A stretch of 64,000 bases of DNA from Candidatus Bathyarchaeota archaeon (lineage in GTDB: Archaea > Thermoproteota > Bathyarchaeia > Bathyarchaeales > DTEX01). The notes below the pieces were generated by a model that worked only from the letters and a program-made list of their open reading frames with translations, did not search any database and was not told the origin of the DNA. The stretch is from assembly GCA_025059045.1 (NCBI GenBank), contig JANXEA010000002.1, positions 10,798 to 74,797 of the forward strand. Reading direction: 5' to 3'. How positions within the stretch are numbered: position 1 is the stretch's first letter; the number at the start of each line of letters is the position of its first letter. Positions 44,375 through 53,441 of the stretch are shown here, piece by piece. A program made the position numbers and the translations under genes.

Positions 44375-45778
44375 TTATTGGTGCCAGTAGACCTCTATGC
44401 CCAAATAATTAGAAAGGGCTTCATAAATAGCTCTTGCCGTGTGTGACCTGTTTATGGCGACATGATGTTCAAAGCCATTTCTGCAGACATAACTTAATAG
44501 GGCTTGTAAATTTTTAACCTTAACCACCCCGAATGCGCCGAATGTTTCTGCTGGATCCGAGGTTATCTCGCCCTCGCCGATGTAGGCCTTTAACTTCCCG
44601 TTTACATCATCGGTTGTTAGTCTCGCAAATGTCATCGGGCCTTCCCGAACCCTTCCTATACACACCCCAAAAGCGTTTTCTATGCCTACAACTTTTCCAA
44701 TTATTTCTCCAAAGCCTATACTTTCTATTTGTAGCACGGATTTCGGCATGTTGCCGCAGTGGAAAATAATGCATCTGTCTTCTTCTTGCTCATAATTGTT
44801 ATTCCAGTCTACGATTGCGGAGGGTGTACCCGATGCCAGCTGTAGAATAAGCATTGATAATGTCCCCGTGATATCAACTTCACATGCTGCTGGGATCATC
44901 TTTTCACTCAGCATGCTCATCACTACACATGGCATAACCCCTAGGTTACGCTCCAGAGATGTCCAGCATTGAATGGCTACTGCTCTAATATCGTTCTTTC
45001 TTATCCATTCCTCGATGATCAAGTAGATCTTTGCAAGTGTATTCAGCTTAGATTCAGAGCAATGACTTAACTTTGCATAAGACTTAATCTCCTCAGCTTT
45101 TGCCTTGACTTTAGTGTCGGATGAGGGCAATTTGCCTACTCCTTCTATAATCTCTGATAAATCCAATGTTTCTACAGAAATTCCTAAGGACTCAAGAATT
45201 TTTTCTGAGAATCTCATAGTGTTGAAGGCAGAGGGCCTCGCCCCTATCGCTCCTAATCTAATATTTCGCAATCCCTTAACTACCTTACATACCATGGCGA
45301 ACCATTTTAGATCCTCTCTGAAAGTCTTTTCCTCGGGATCTACTGTATGCAGAGATGTCAGAGAGAACGGAATCTTGTACTGGACTAGGTTATTGCAAAC
45401 TGAGATCTTGCCGCAGAAGCTGTCCCCCCTTGAAGAAGGGTCAAGCGATGTTAATCTGTCTCTGAAAGCCTGAACCAGTATCGGGACTCTTAGCCCACTA
45501 AGCCTTATCGTATTAACTATTGCCTTTTCATCTCCGAAATTTGGTAACGAAACTATTATGCCATCAATCCTTTCCTCATTCTTCTTAAATATCTCGGCAC
45601 ATCTCTTTGCATCTTCCCATGAACCTACTACTCCAAGCCTGGTCTCATCTGGGGATGGGCAGACAACATCAAAACCCTCCTCTGCTAAAACCTTTATCAT
45701 CCTTTCCCTTCCCTGAGCTGCTAACTCCTCTGAGAAGAATTCTCTATGACCTACTATCAAACCGAAAGTTGTACTCAT
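44375..45778 (-). CDS. L-fucose/L-arabinose isomerase-family sugar isomerase (COG2407-like)
   Basis: 467 aa. Size and N-terminal layout (FGLIVGHREFFSEELAAQGRERMIKVLAEEGFDVVCP) match this family as remembered. It is the last gene of the kinase/transketolase operon. Confidence 0.45.
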   Translation of the reverse strand: MSTTFGLIVGHREFFSEELAAQGRERMIKVLAEEGFDVVCPSPDETRLGVVGSWEDAKRCAEIFKKNEERIDGIIVSLPNFGDEKAIVNTIRLSGLRVPILVQAFRDRLTSLDPSSRGDSFCGKISVCNNLVQYKIPFSLTSLHTVDPEEKTFREDLKWFAMVCKVVKGLRNIRLGAIGARPSAFNTMRFSEKILESLGISVETLDLSEIIEGVGKLPSSDTKVKAKAEEIKSYAKLSHCSESKLNTLAKIYLIIEEWIRKNDIRAVAIQCWTSLERNLGVMPCVVMSMLSEKMIPAACEVDITGTLSMLILQLASGTPSAIVDWNNNYEQEEDRCIIFHCGNMPKSVLQIESIGFGEIIGKVVGIENAFGVCIGRVREGPMTFARLTTDDVNGKLKAYIGEGEITSDPAETFGAFGVVKVKNLQALLSYVCRNGFEHHVAINRSHTARAIYEALSNYLGIEVYWHQ

Positions 45779-45816
45779 CCCGCTCCCTCCACTTCTTCAA
45801 AAATTCCTTAATGCGC

Positions 45817-47289
45817 TTATATTAGTATCCTTTGGACTATTTCCTTCCATTCTTTATAGAGTTTCTCCCTCTCCTCTAAGCGCATTTTGGGCATGAATAC
45901 ATCCGGTTCTTTCTCCTTGATTATGGATCTCACTTCTTCAAGATTTTTCCAGATTCCAAATCCAAGTCCACCCATTAAGAATGATCCTAAAGCAGAGATC
46001 TCTTCTATACGGGCACGTAGAACTGGTATGCCTAGTATGTCGGCCTGGAACTGCATGAGGAAACTGTTTCTGGTAGCTCCACCGTCAGCTCTCATCTCTC
46101 CAATCTTTACCCCTGCATGCTTCATAAGCACTTCTAAGACGTCTCTAATCTGGTAGGCTATCGCCTCCACCGCAGCTCTGACAATATGCTCTTTTCGGGT
46201 CTTAAATGTTAGACCATATATCATGCCTCTGGCGTCGGCCTTCCAGTATGGTGCACCTAGCCCGCTAAGCGCAGGAACAAAGTATACGCCCTCATTGTTG
46301 TTTAATGCAAGGCACATCTTCTCAATTTCGTCGGTCGTTTCCAAGATCTCTAAATTCTCAAGAAGCCACTTTAACGTCGCACCGGTCGCGTGTACATTTC
46401 CCTCATAAATATATGAGACTTCATTATTTACTGCCCATCCTACCGATGTAACAATGCCGTTTGGAGGCGGGAGATATTCCCCGCCTATATTCATGGCGAT
46501 GGATGATCCGGTTCCATATGTTACCTTCGTCATTCCCTTCTCAAAGCATCCTTCGCCGAAGAGCGCGGCTTGGGAGTCTCCCATAACCCCGCTTATCGGT
46601 ACTTCCCTCTTTAATAGTCCGTCGCAATCTGTATATCCAAATATGCCGTTGCATGGCATAACGTTGGGCATCATTGAAGCAGGGATGCCGAAGACTCTGA
46701 GCAATTCATCATCCCATGATAGGGTTTTTATGTTAAGAAGCATTGTCCTCGAAGCATTAGAAGGATCTGTTGCGTGGGCCGCTCCTCGAGTGAGTTTCCA
46801 AATGAGCCAGCTGTCCATCGTACCGGCTAAAGTTTTTCCTTCAGGCGGCTTCACGTTTTCCATAATCCATTTCAATTTGCTTGCTGAGAAGTAGGGATCC
46901 AGTAATAGTCCCGTTCTCTCACGCACTATGCCCTCATATCCTAATTTCCTATACTCTTCGCAGAGTTCAGCCCCTCTAAGGCACTGCCACACAATAGCGT
47001 TATACACGGGCTTACCAGACCTCTTATCCCAGACAACTATCGTCTCTCTCTGGTTTGTTATGCAGATTCCAAGGACGTCCTGTTCTTCTAGATGGCAGGT
47101 CTTAAGGAGGGAAGATATGACCCTTAAGACATTCATGTAGATTTCCTCAGGATCATGCTCCACCCATCCAGGTTTAGGGTAATACTGTGCATGAGGGTAT
47201 GAGACTTCAGAAATCTTCTCGCCTTTCAAGTTGAATAATATACCTTTGGTTGCAGATGTGCTCTGATCAATTGATACGACGTACCCCAT
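45817..47289 (-). CDS. FGGY-family carbohydrate kinase (glycerol-kinase-like)
   Basis: 490 aa. YVVSIDQSTSATKGILF...YPKPGWVEHDPEEIY and GATRNSFLMQFQADILGIPV are typical GlpK/FGGY blocks. Confidence 0.75.
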   Translation of the reverse strand: MGYVVSIDQSTSATKGILFNLKGEKISEVSYPHAQYYPKPGWVEHDPEEIYMNVLRVISSLLKTCHLEEQDVLGICITNQRETIVVWDKRSGKPVYNAIVWQCLRGAELCEEYRKLGYEGIVRERTGLLLDPYFSASKLKWIMENVKPPEGKTLAGTMDSWLIWKLTRGAAHATDPSNASRTMLLNIKTLSWDDELLRVFGIPASMMPNVMPCNGIFGYTDCDGLLKREVPISGVMGDSQAALFGEGCFEKGMTKVTYGTGSSIAMNIGGEYLPPPNGIVTSVGWAVNNEVSYIYEGNVHATGATLKWLLENLEILETTDEIEKMCLALNNNEGVYFVPALSGLGAPYWKADARGMIYGLTFKTRKEHIVRAAVEAIAYQIRDVLEVLMKHAGVKIGEMRADGGATRNSFLMQFQADILGIPVLRARIEEISALGSFLMGGLGFGIWKNLEEVRSIIKEKEPDVFMPKMRLEEREKLYKEWKEIVQRILI

Positions 47290-47300
47290 TTCTGAATCAC

Positions 47301-48242
47301 CTAATTTCTGAATCTTTCTAAAAAGTCAAGGGTTTTTTGAACTATCTTTTCACATGTGAGGCCATAATATTCGAATATTTGGGGCTGGCTCCCAGAGATT
47401 GGGAACTCGTCTGGAAGCGAGATGAATTTCACTGGAACCGGATTATTCTGTATTAGAAACTCGGCTATTGCGCTTCCTAGTCCACCGTGAATCGTATGTT
47501 CCTCTACAACGATTACTCTGCCATTCTTCTTCGATGTTTTCAGAAGAGTCTTCTCATCCAGTGGTTTAATGGTTGACATATCGATAACCTCTGCGCTTAT
47601 ACCGTGCTTTTTCAATTTTTTTCCTGCTTCAAGACAATGGTATGTTGTTTCACCCGTGCCTATAATAGTGACGTCGCTGCCATCCATCAGTATGTTCGCT
47701 TTTCCAACTTCAAAATTGGCTTCACCCTCATATACTATTGGCACCGGGTTTCTTCCCATCCTAATGTATGCGGGTCCCTCATATTCAACCATCTTTTCCG
47801 CTATCGCTTTTGTCTGGCTTGGATCCGCTGGCAGAATTACTGTCATACCTGGAAATGTTCTCATTATCGCAATATCGTTTACTGCATGGTGTGTATAGCC
47901 TAATGGGCCGTAGCTAACGCCTCCGCTTACACCTATCAACTTAACGTTGGCCTTCGAGTAGACTACGTCAACCTTTATCTGGTCGACGCATCTAGCGGTT
48001 AGAAAGCAGGCTGGCATAAAGACGAAGGGCTTTTTTCCAGCCTTAGATAGTCCAGCAGCTATTCCAATAGCGTTCTGTTCAGCTATACCCACATCAATAA
48101 ACTGTTGTGGTAATTTTTCCGCAAAATTATCCACGGCAGCTGAGAACCTGGCATCAGTCGTCAGAACTATTATTGATGGATCCGTTTTCGCCTTTACGAA
48201 TAAAGTATCGGAAAAAGTTTTTCTGCATGGCAAATCGTTCAT
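47301..48242 (-). CDS. Transketolase, C-terminal (pyrimidine-binding) subunit
   Basis: 313 aa with FIDVGIAEQNAIGIAAGLS and a HTIHGGLGSAIAE block. Its start abuts the stop of the N-terminal subunit gene. Confidence 0.85.
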   Translation of the reverse strand: MNDLPCRKTFSDTLFVKAKTDPSIIVLTTDARFSAAVDNFAEKLPQQFIDVGIAEQNAIGIAAGLSKAGKKPFVFMPACFLTARCVDQIKVDVVYSKANVKLIGVSGGVSYGPLGYTHHAVNDIAIMRTFPGMTVILPADPSQTKAIAEKMVEYEGPAYIRMGRNPVPIVYEGEANFEVGKANILMDGSDVTIIGTGETTYHCLEAGKKLKKHGISAEVIDMSTIKPLDEKTLLKTSKKNGRVIVVEEHTIHGGLGSAIAEFLIQNNPVPVKFISLPDEFPISGSQPQIFEYYGLTCEKIVQKTLDFLERFRN

Positions 48243-49043
48243 CTATTCCTCCTCCACTGGTTCACGGCTAAGTTCTTCAACTGCCTTTTGGTATTCTTCG
48301 TCGCTTAATCTGCCATGATGCCACCTAAAGTTGTTCTCGATGAAGCTGACCCCCTTCCCTTTGACGGTCTTCGCTATGACAAGATGAGGCTTCATATTGA
48401 ATGAAAGCGAGCCGATGGTCTCTATTAGCTGCTCGATGTTATGACCGTCTGTTTCCTTCACCTCCCATCCGAAAGATCTCCACCTCTCATCCAGAGGCTC
48501 AAGTTTCACAATTGCTTCTGTGCATCCTCCGATTTGAAGCATATTTCGATCTACAATCGCGACTAAATTGTCAAGGCTATGGGTAGCGGCGAACATCGCG
48601 GCTTCCCAGACTGATCCTTCCTGCAACTCTCCATCGCCCATTAGAACATAAACCCTATTAGTCTTCCCATCTGCTTTGAAAGCCCACGCCAACCCGCAGG
48701 CGATGGATAAGCCATGTCCAAGGGAGCCTGTGGCAACCTCAATGCCTGGCACGTCGATGGAAGGATGCCCGATTAGTTCCGATCCGAATTGACAGTAATC
48801 TCTCAATCTCTCTTTTGGGAAAAATCCGAGATCCGCTAATATAGAGTAATAAGTCTCAGTGCTATGCCCCTTGCTAAGGATGAATTTGTCCCCCTTTTTC
48901 ATAATAGCGTAGAATATTGCCACGAGGATATCCGTTTCTGACAGAGAGCCTCCTATATGCCCAGTCTTAGCCCGGTAGATCATCTCGATTACTTGTCTTC
49001 TTATCTCCCTACTTTTTCTTGTTAAATATCGTATGTCCAACAC
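48243..49043 (-). CDS. Transketolase, N-terminal (TPP-binding) subunit
   Basis: GHIGGSLS and GDGELQEGSVWEA motifs. The track start at 49121 adds about 26 non-conserved residues. A GTG at 49043 or TTG at 49040, just before LDIRYLTRKSREIRRQVIEMIY, fits the usual N-terminus better, but the start remains uncertain. Confidence 0.8.
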   Translation of the reverse strand: MLDIRYLTRKSREIRRQVIEMIYRAKTGHIGGSLSETDILVAIFYAIMKKGDKFILSKGHSTETYYSILADLGFFPKERLRDYCQFGSELIGHPSIDVPGIEVATGSLGHGLSIACGLAWAFKADGKTNRVYVLMGDGELQEGSVWEAAMFAATHSLDNLVAIVDRNMLQIGGCTEAIVKLEPLDERWRSFGWEVKETDGHNIEQLIETIGSLSFNMKPHLVIAKTVKGKGVSFIENNFRWHHGRLSDEEYQKAVEELSREPVEEE

Positions 49044-49319
49044 TTGCCATACCACGCCTCGAGAGTGAATCGATGCAATAATCAGATCTGGATTTCCATG
49101 GATATAGATAATAATTTTCACCTCTTAACAGGGAATTTTCAAAGTGTAAAGAGAAGCGTTGATGGATAATGTTGTGGATGCATAATAAGTTTATCTCTCC
49201 TGATGGCACACTATAACAAGAATATCATGCACCATGACGTAGGAGAATAGAAGGCTGAAAATGATAGTGTTAACCGAGAATTTAGGCCGAGGGATGGTTT
49301 AGTAAAATTTTTGGTTAGA

Positions 49320-50135
49320 TTAGAAGGGTAGGATCAATCTTATCCCCATGAGGAAAGCGGCTGAGCAAATTATCATTTTAAGAGTTTTTCCTTTTAGGCG
49401 TCTGGCGAGGCTTGAACCTACCTGGGCGCCTAGGATGGTCCCGATGGTTATGGGGAGGGCGTACTCAACCATAATGTTGCTTAACATGACATGCATGAGT
49501 ACCCCAACACCGTTGGTAAGAGCCATCGCAAATGCTGAAGATGCAACCGCGATGTGTGGTGGTACCCCTAGCAGGATCATTGTCGTCGTGTCGGTTATTC
49601 CGCCTCCTAGACCAGCCAGTCCAGTCACTAATCCGCTTGCGAGGCTACTTAATAGCGCCAGCTCGGGTCTTCTAATGACATATTCGAAGGTCTTTCCTGA
49701 GAAGTCAATCTTACTCCTTTTCCATCCTCTACCATTTTGCGTGCCACAAACTCTTGGGGTCGAATTGGATTCTTTGCGGACTATGAGTAGGATGGATATT
49801 GACATGATGAATAAGCCTACGATTGTCCTCAGCAGATTGGAGGGCAGAAGCGTGGTTAGGTAGGCGCCGATGGTAACTCCTGGCAGGTCGAGTACATCGT
49901 AGAGTAGGCCAAGCTTATAGTCAATTCTTCTCTGTTTAGCATAGGCAATTGTGGCTGAGAGTGTTGTGCCTAACATTGCCGCGACGCTGATTGCGACGGC
50001 TTTTTGGGATGACAGCTGGTGGACGAGAATGAGGATTGGAACTATTAGGAATCCCCCTCCAAGTCCAGCCATTGATGAGGGTACGGCTGCAAAGAAGCCT
50101 AATGAGAAGAGCGTCAAGATTTCAGTTATACTCAT
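49320..50135 (-). CDS. TauE/SafE (TSUP) family anion exporter
   Basis: 271 aa, about 8 TM, with duplicated GLGGGFLIVPIL and GLGGGITDTTTMILLG motifs. Confidence 0.7.
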   Translation of the reverse strand: MSITEILTLFSLGFFAAVPSSMAGLGGGFLIVPILILVHQLSSQKAVAISVAAMLGTTLSATIAYAKQRRIDYKLGLLYDVLDLPGVTIGAYLTTLLPSNLLRTIVGLFIMSISILLIVRKESNSTPRVCGTQNGRGWKRSKIDFSGKTFEYVIRRPELALLSSLASGLVTGLAGLGGGITDTTTMILLGVPPHIAVASSAFAMALTNGVGVLMHVMLSNIMVEYALPITIGTILGAQVGSSLARRLKGKTLKMIICSAAFLMGIRLILPF

Positions 50136-50210
50136 ATGTTTGAAGAGTAGATGACCCCTCTCTATTAAACATTATATGCGCGGGATCTGGTGGGCTCCTC
50201 AATTTCTTAA

Positions 50211-51152
50211 CTATTCCATAACTTCTGCATTCTTGAAGGCGTACCATGATGCTGCTAGTAGTGCTATGATGTATGCTGAGGCAACTAGGATCGATCTTGC
50301 TAAGACTATGGAGATGGGCTCAGAATAAAGAAGCTGCGGATACTGTCCCCTCAACGACATCTTATAGAACTTTACTTCTGCCGATGGGTAAAGGGCATAG
50401 TTAACCAGATTTGCAGCGATGTTGTCTGTTCCTGTGGATATAGCCAATCCAGGCGTGAAGGTTGTCTGGCCGGCTGCGCCTAGTATGTATCCGGTGACCC
50501 CGTTTCCTGGAATATAGTTAAGGATCCATGCTTGGTCTGAGAATAGTAGGATTATTGGGTGGCTTATGGATAGTGCCATGAAGATGCCGAAGGTTCCTAG
50601 GGCGGAAATTAGTGAGCTTTTAGAGATGGAGCCTATTGCGAGCACGATAGCGATCCAGACGAATGTGCTTAGGGTTGTTCCAAGCAGGGATAATGGTAGG
50701 AGATGGAGATTGTTCTGCGGACCATATATGATTATGCCGCCTATAGTCTGGTAAGCGAAGAGGACAGTGTATGCTGATAGTAGTGTTATGAACGCTGCGA
50801 AGAGCTTAGCTAGAAATATCATTGTTCTTGACACTGGCTTTGTCAACAGTGGGACTATTGATCCGCTTTCGAATTCTCCTGATATACTGTTCATGGCGAT
50901 GGCGACGGCGAAGAGGAACATGCCTAAACCTCCTATGCCCGCTCCTGTGTTTATTACGTGGTCGGGGTTCTGTTGGAGCTGCTGCCCGATAATGTTGTAG
51001 AGGATGACGGGTAGGATTAGGGAGAGGGTGGTGAGAGCGAAGGCGATGGCGACGACGCCTATAAACTTCTTCTTCCTAATGTTCCAAAGTAGCTCGTATT
51101 CGACTATTGCCCAGAAGCGGGTCATCCAGTTTCTTCTAAATCCGTTTTCCAT
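50211..51152 (-). CDS. ABC-2-type transporter permease
   Basis: 313 aa, 6 TM, immediately downstream of the ABC ATPase (3-nt gap). Confidence 0.7.
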   Translation of the reverse strand: MENGFRRNWMTRFWAIVEYELLWNIRKKKFIGVVAIAFALTTLSLILPVILYNIIGQQLQQNPDHVINTGAGIGGLGMFLFAVAIAMNSISGEFESGSIVPLLTKPVSRTMIFLAKLFAAFITLLSAYTVLFAYQTIGGIIIYGPQNNLHLLPLSLLGTTLSTFVWIAIVLAIGSISKSSLISALGTFGIFMALSISHPIILLFSDQAWILNYIPGNGVTGYILGAAGQTTFTPGLAISTGTDNIAANLVNYALYPSAEVKFYKMSLRGQYPQLLYSEPISIVLARSILVASAYIIALLAASWYAFKNAEVME

Positions 51153-51154
51153 CT

Positions 51155-52102
51155 TCAGCCTCTCTGCCCCCGCTCTGCTATAAGTTGCATGAAATACTCT
51201 TCTAGGGTCTGGCCCTTCAAACTCATTGAAACGATGACGCCTCCGGCCTTTGTGATCTGCTGCGAGACCTCCGATCTAACATCGTCTCTAGTCTTCAGCT
51301 TGATCGTCAGCATGTTTCCATCCTTTTCCACGCTTGAGATGAATGGTAGATTTTTTAGGGATTCTACAACCTCTTCTGAAGGCTTTGCAAGCTCAACCTC
51401 TAGGATCGGGTGGCCTGAAAGATTGCCTACGATGTTTTGGAGAGTGCTTGAGGCTAAGGCTACACCCTTATGGATTATTGTTACATGTGTGCAGACCTGT
51501 TCAACTTCGAATAGTAAATGCGATGACAGGAATATCGTTCTTCCCTCTTTCGCCATATTCTTAACGAGCTCTCTGACTTCAACCATGCCAACGGGGTCTA
51601 GGCCTAGGCTCGGCTCATCTAAGATCACAAGTTCTGGGTCGCCTATCATTGCTTGTGCAATGCCCAGCCGCTGCTGCATACCCTTACTATATTTGCCGAT
51701 GAGGTCCCTTTCTCTTCCCTTAAGACCAACCATCTCCAAAAGTCTCGAAATCTGCTCCTTACGCTGCTGTTCAGTCATGCCGTACATTCTCGCATAAAGA
51801 TCTAGGAGCTCCCAGCCCTTCAGATGCTTCGGGAATTTCGGGAGCTCAGGCATATAGCCCATCCTCATCCGGGTCTCAGGCATATCGCCGTGTACCTCCT
51901 GACCGAGAACTCTGACCAACCCCTCATCAGCTCTCAACAATCCCACCAGGATCTTTATCGTAGTAGTCTTCCCAGCTCCATTAGGCCCTAAAAACCCGTG
52001 TATAGCGTTCCTCTCAACTTCTAGATTAAGATTGTTAACAGCGATGATGGGGCCATACCTCTTCGTTAAGCCCACGGTCTCTATCGCCAGCTCCAAACCC
52101 AA
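51155..52102 (-). CDS. ABC transporter ATP-binding protein (ABC-2 / drug-exporter type)
   Basis: Walker A GPNGAGKTTT, signature YSKGMQQRL, Walker B VILDEPSLGLD. Confidence 0.9.
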   Translation of the reverse strand: MGLELAIETVGLTKRYGPIIAVNNLNLEVERNAIHGFLGPNGAGKTTTIKILVGLLRADEGLVRVLGQEVHGDMPETRMRMGYMPELPKFPKHLKGWELLDLYARMYGMTEQQRKEQISRLLEMVGLKGRERDLIGKYSKGMQQRLGIAQAMIGDPELVILDEPSLGLDPVGMVEVRELVKNMAKEGRTIFLSSHLLFEVEQVCTHVTIIHKGVALASSTLQNIVGNLSGHPILEVELAKPSEEVVESLKNLPFISSVEKDGNMLTIKLKTRDDVRSEVSQQITKAGGVIVSMSLKGQTLEEYFMQLIAERGQRG

Positions 52103-52598
52103 GAACTTCCCATCAAATTATCACTTGCTTCTCGTAATAATCATTCAGGGCTATTTAAGCATATTTTATAGGCCCGGTACACGGCATAATAACTTCCCAT
52201 CCGGTAGGTTAAAGATGGCTAAATATGCATTTACGAAGCATTATGAGAGCCTGCTTCTTAGCTTAACTTCCCTGACGAATTTCGCTGAGAAAGACGCCAC
52301 ATACTGCTGCATCAGCAAGCAAAAACGAAGAAGCAACAAGGATAACACCTAGGCCGTCGACAAAAGATCATTAAGCATTTTCCACATCCATACGATAAAA
52401 ATCCTCACTGAAAATATATTCTTATGTAGGAAACATGCATCGAGCCCGGTTCAGCAAACAACCTTAAATGCTAAAAACTCGCTTTACGCTCAGAAATACT
52501 TAGAAGAATTCTATTAATCGCTGTTAATTGAACTATTCAGATTGGAGAGAAGCAAAATGTTATTAGGGTGAGTTTGTACTCGTTTATTTTGGGTGTTT

Positions 52599-52945
52599 TT
52601 GAGTGAAACGGTTTTAGAGAAGGTTGAGGAAATAGGCAGGAATCTTGACGAGTTAAAGGCCTTTCTTGAAGATTTTTTCCTAACCGTTGAAAAGAGTATT
52701 TGTTGCTAAAACAGGTTGATAAGATAATCAAGAAAAGCGCTTTAACGAGTTGAAATCCCTCGATGAAGTTTAGGGTTCTTCTCCATAAAAAGGCATATGA
52801 ATTTTTAAAGAAAATCAGTCTTGAAGACAGGCAGCGCATAGTCGACAAGCTGAAACAACTGGAGAATTTTCCAGCGGTTAAATTAGACATGAGCTCAGGA
52901 ACTTGTTCTTTTTTAACACCCTTGGGAGCAAAAACCAGCGGCTAG
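52599..52945 (+). pseudogene. Decayed RelB/RelE-like type II toxin-antitoxin locus
   Basis: A short antitoxin-like frame, (L)SETVLEKVEEIGRNLDELKAFLEDFFLTVEK, ends at 52709. Further antitoxin-like text (KRFNELKSLDEV*) sits in a different frame. The toxin-like ORF at 52763, MKFRVLLHKKAYEFLKKISLEDRQRIVDKLKQLENFP, then loses the conserved RelE C-terminus (60 aa). Confidence 0.4.
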
Positions 52946-52997
52946 CGCAATCAACTTTGAAGTTGGCGAGGTCCTTTGGTTCACTTAAAATTTTAAG

Positions 52998-53071
52998 TGG
53001 GCCGGGCCGGATTTGAACCGGCGACCTTCGCCGCGTGAGGGCGACGTCCTAGCCGACTAGACTACCGGCCC
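52998..53071 (-). tRNA. tRNA-Val(CAC)
   Basis: The minus strand reads GGGCCGG-TA-GTCT-AGTCGGCTA-GGAC-G-TCGCC-CTCACGC-GGCGA-AGGTC-GCCGG-TTCAAAT-CCGGC-CCGGCCC-A. No intron. Confidence 0.95.
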
Positions 53072-53176
53072 AGTTGTGTCTACCTTGATTTAGGTTTGGT
53101 ATGCCTTTATGTTTTTCGCAGTTCGTTGAGGATGTGGATTGCGGCTATGGCTTAATTGATCTAAGTTGATGCGGAT

Positions 53177-53189
53177 AAAAGGTTTTTAA
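53177..53189 (+). promoter_or_regulatory. BRE/TATA promoter of tRNA-Arg
   Basis: AAAAGG-TTTTTAA lies at -39 to -27 relative to the mature 5' end. Confidence 0.55.
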
Positions 53190-53215
53190 TCCGTGAAGGT
53201 TTTCTTACATTTGGT

Positions 53216-53293
53216 GGGCCCGTGGCCTAGTAAGGATAGGGCGTCGGCCTCCTAAGCCGATGGTCCTGGGTTCAAATCCCAGCGGGCCCGCCA
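53216..53293 (+). tRNA. tRNA-Arg(CCU), CCA encoded
   Basis: GGGCCCG-TG-GCCT-AGTAAGGATA-GGGC-G-TCGGC-CTCCTAA-GCCGA-TGGTC-CTGGG-TTCAAAT-CCCAG-CGGGCCC-G-CCA. Confidence 0.95.
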
Positions 53294-53441
53294 GATTATA
53301 TTTTCCTCAGATTTGGCTTTTTCGCAAATTGATGGATTGGCCTGTTTGGTGAGTAATGTTTATTTAGATGTATGCTGGATCCCATTGATTTCATAGTAGT
53401 CTTTGGCGTTGATTTCCTACTAGGTGGCGGGTGCGTAATCA

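Noticed and set aside
49348-49863. Long antisense ORFs opposite well-supported genes: 49348-49863, 51189-51797, 13362-13802, 37403-37876, 46454-46894 and 55736-56134.
   Set aside because: Each lies entirely within a motif-bearing gene on the other strand. All have biased, Pro/Ser/Arg-rich or otherwise implausible compositions, so they are shadow ORFs.
52032-52352. A 106-aa plus-strand ORF overlapping the ABC ATPase start, and the 117-aa minus-strand ORF at 52537-52890.
   Set aside because: Both have low-complexity, atypical composition. The first overlaps a solid gene and the second is antisense to the TA relic. Neither has motifs.
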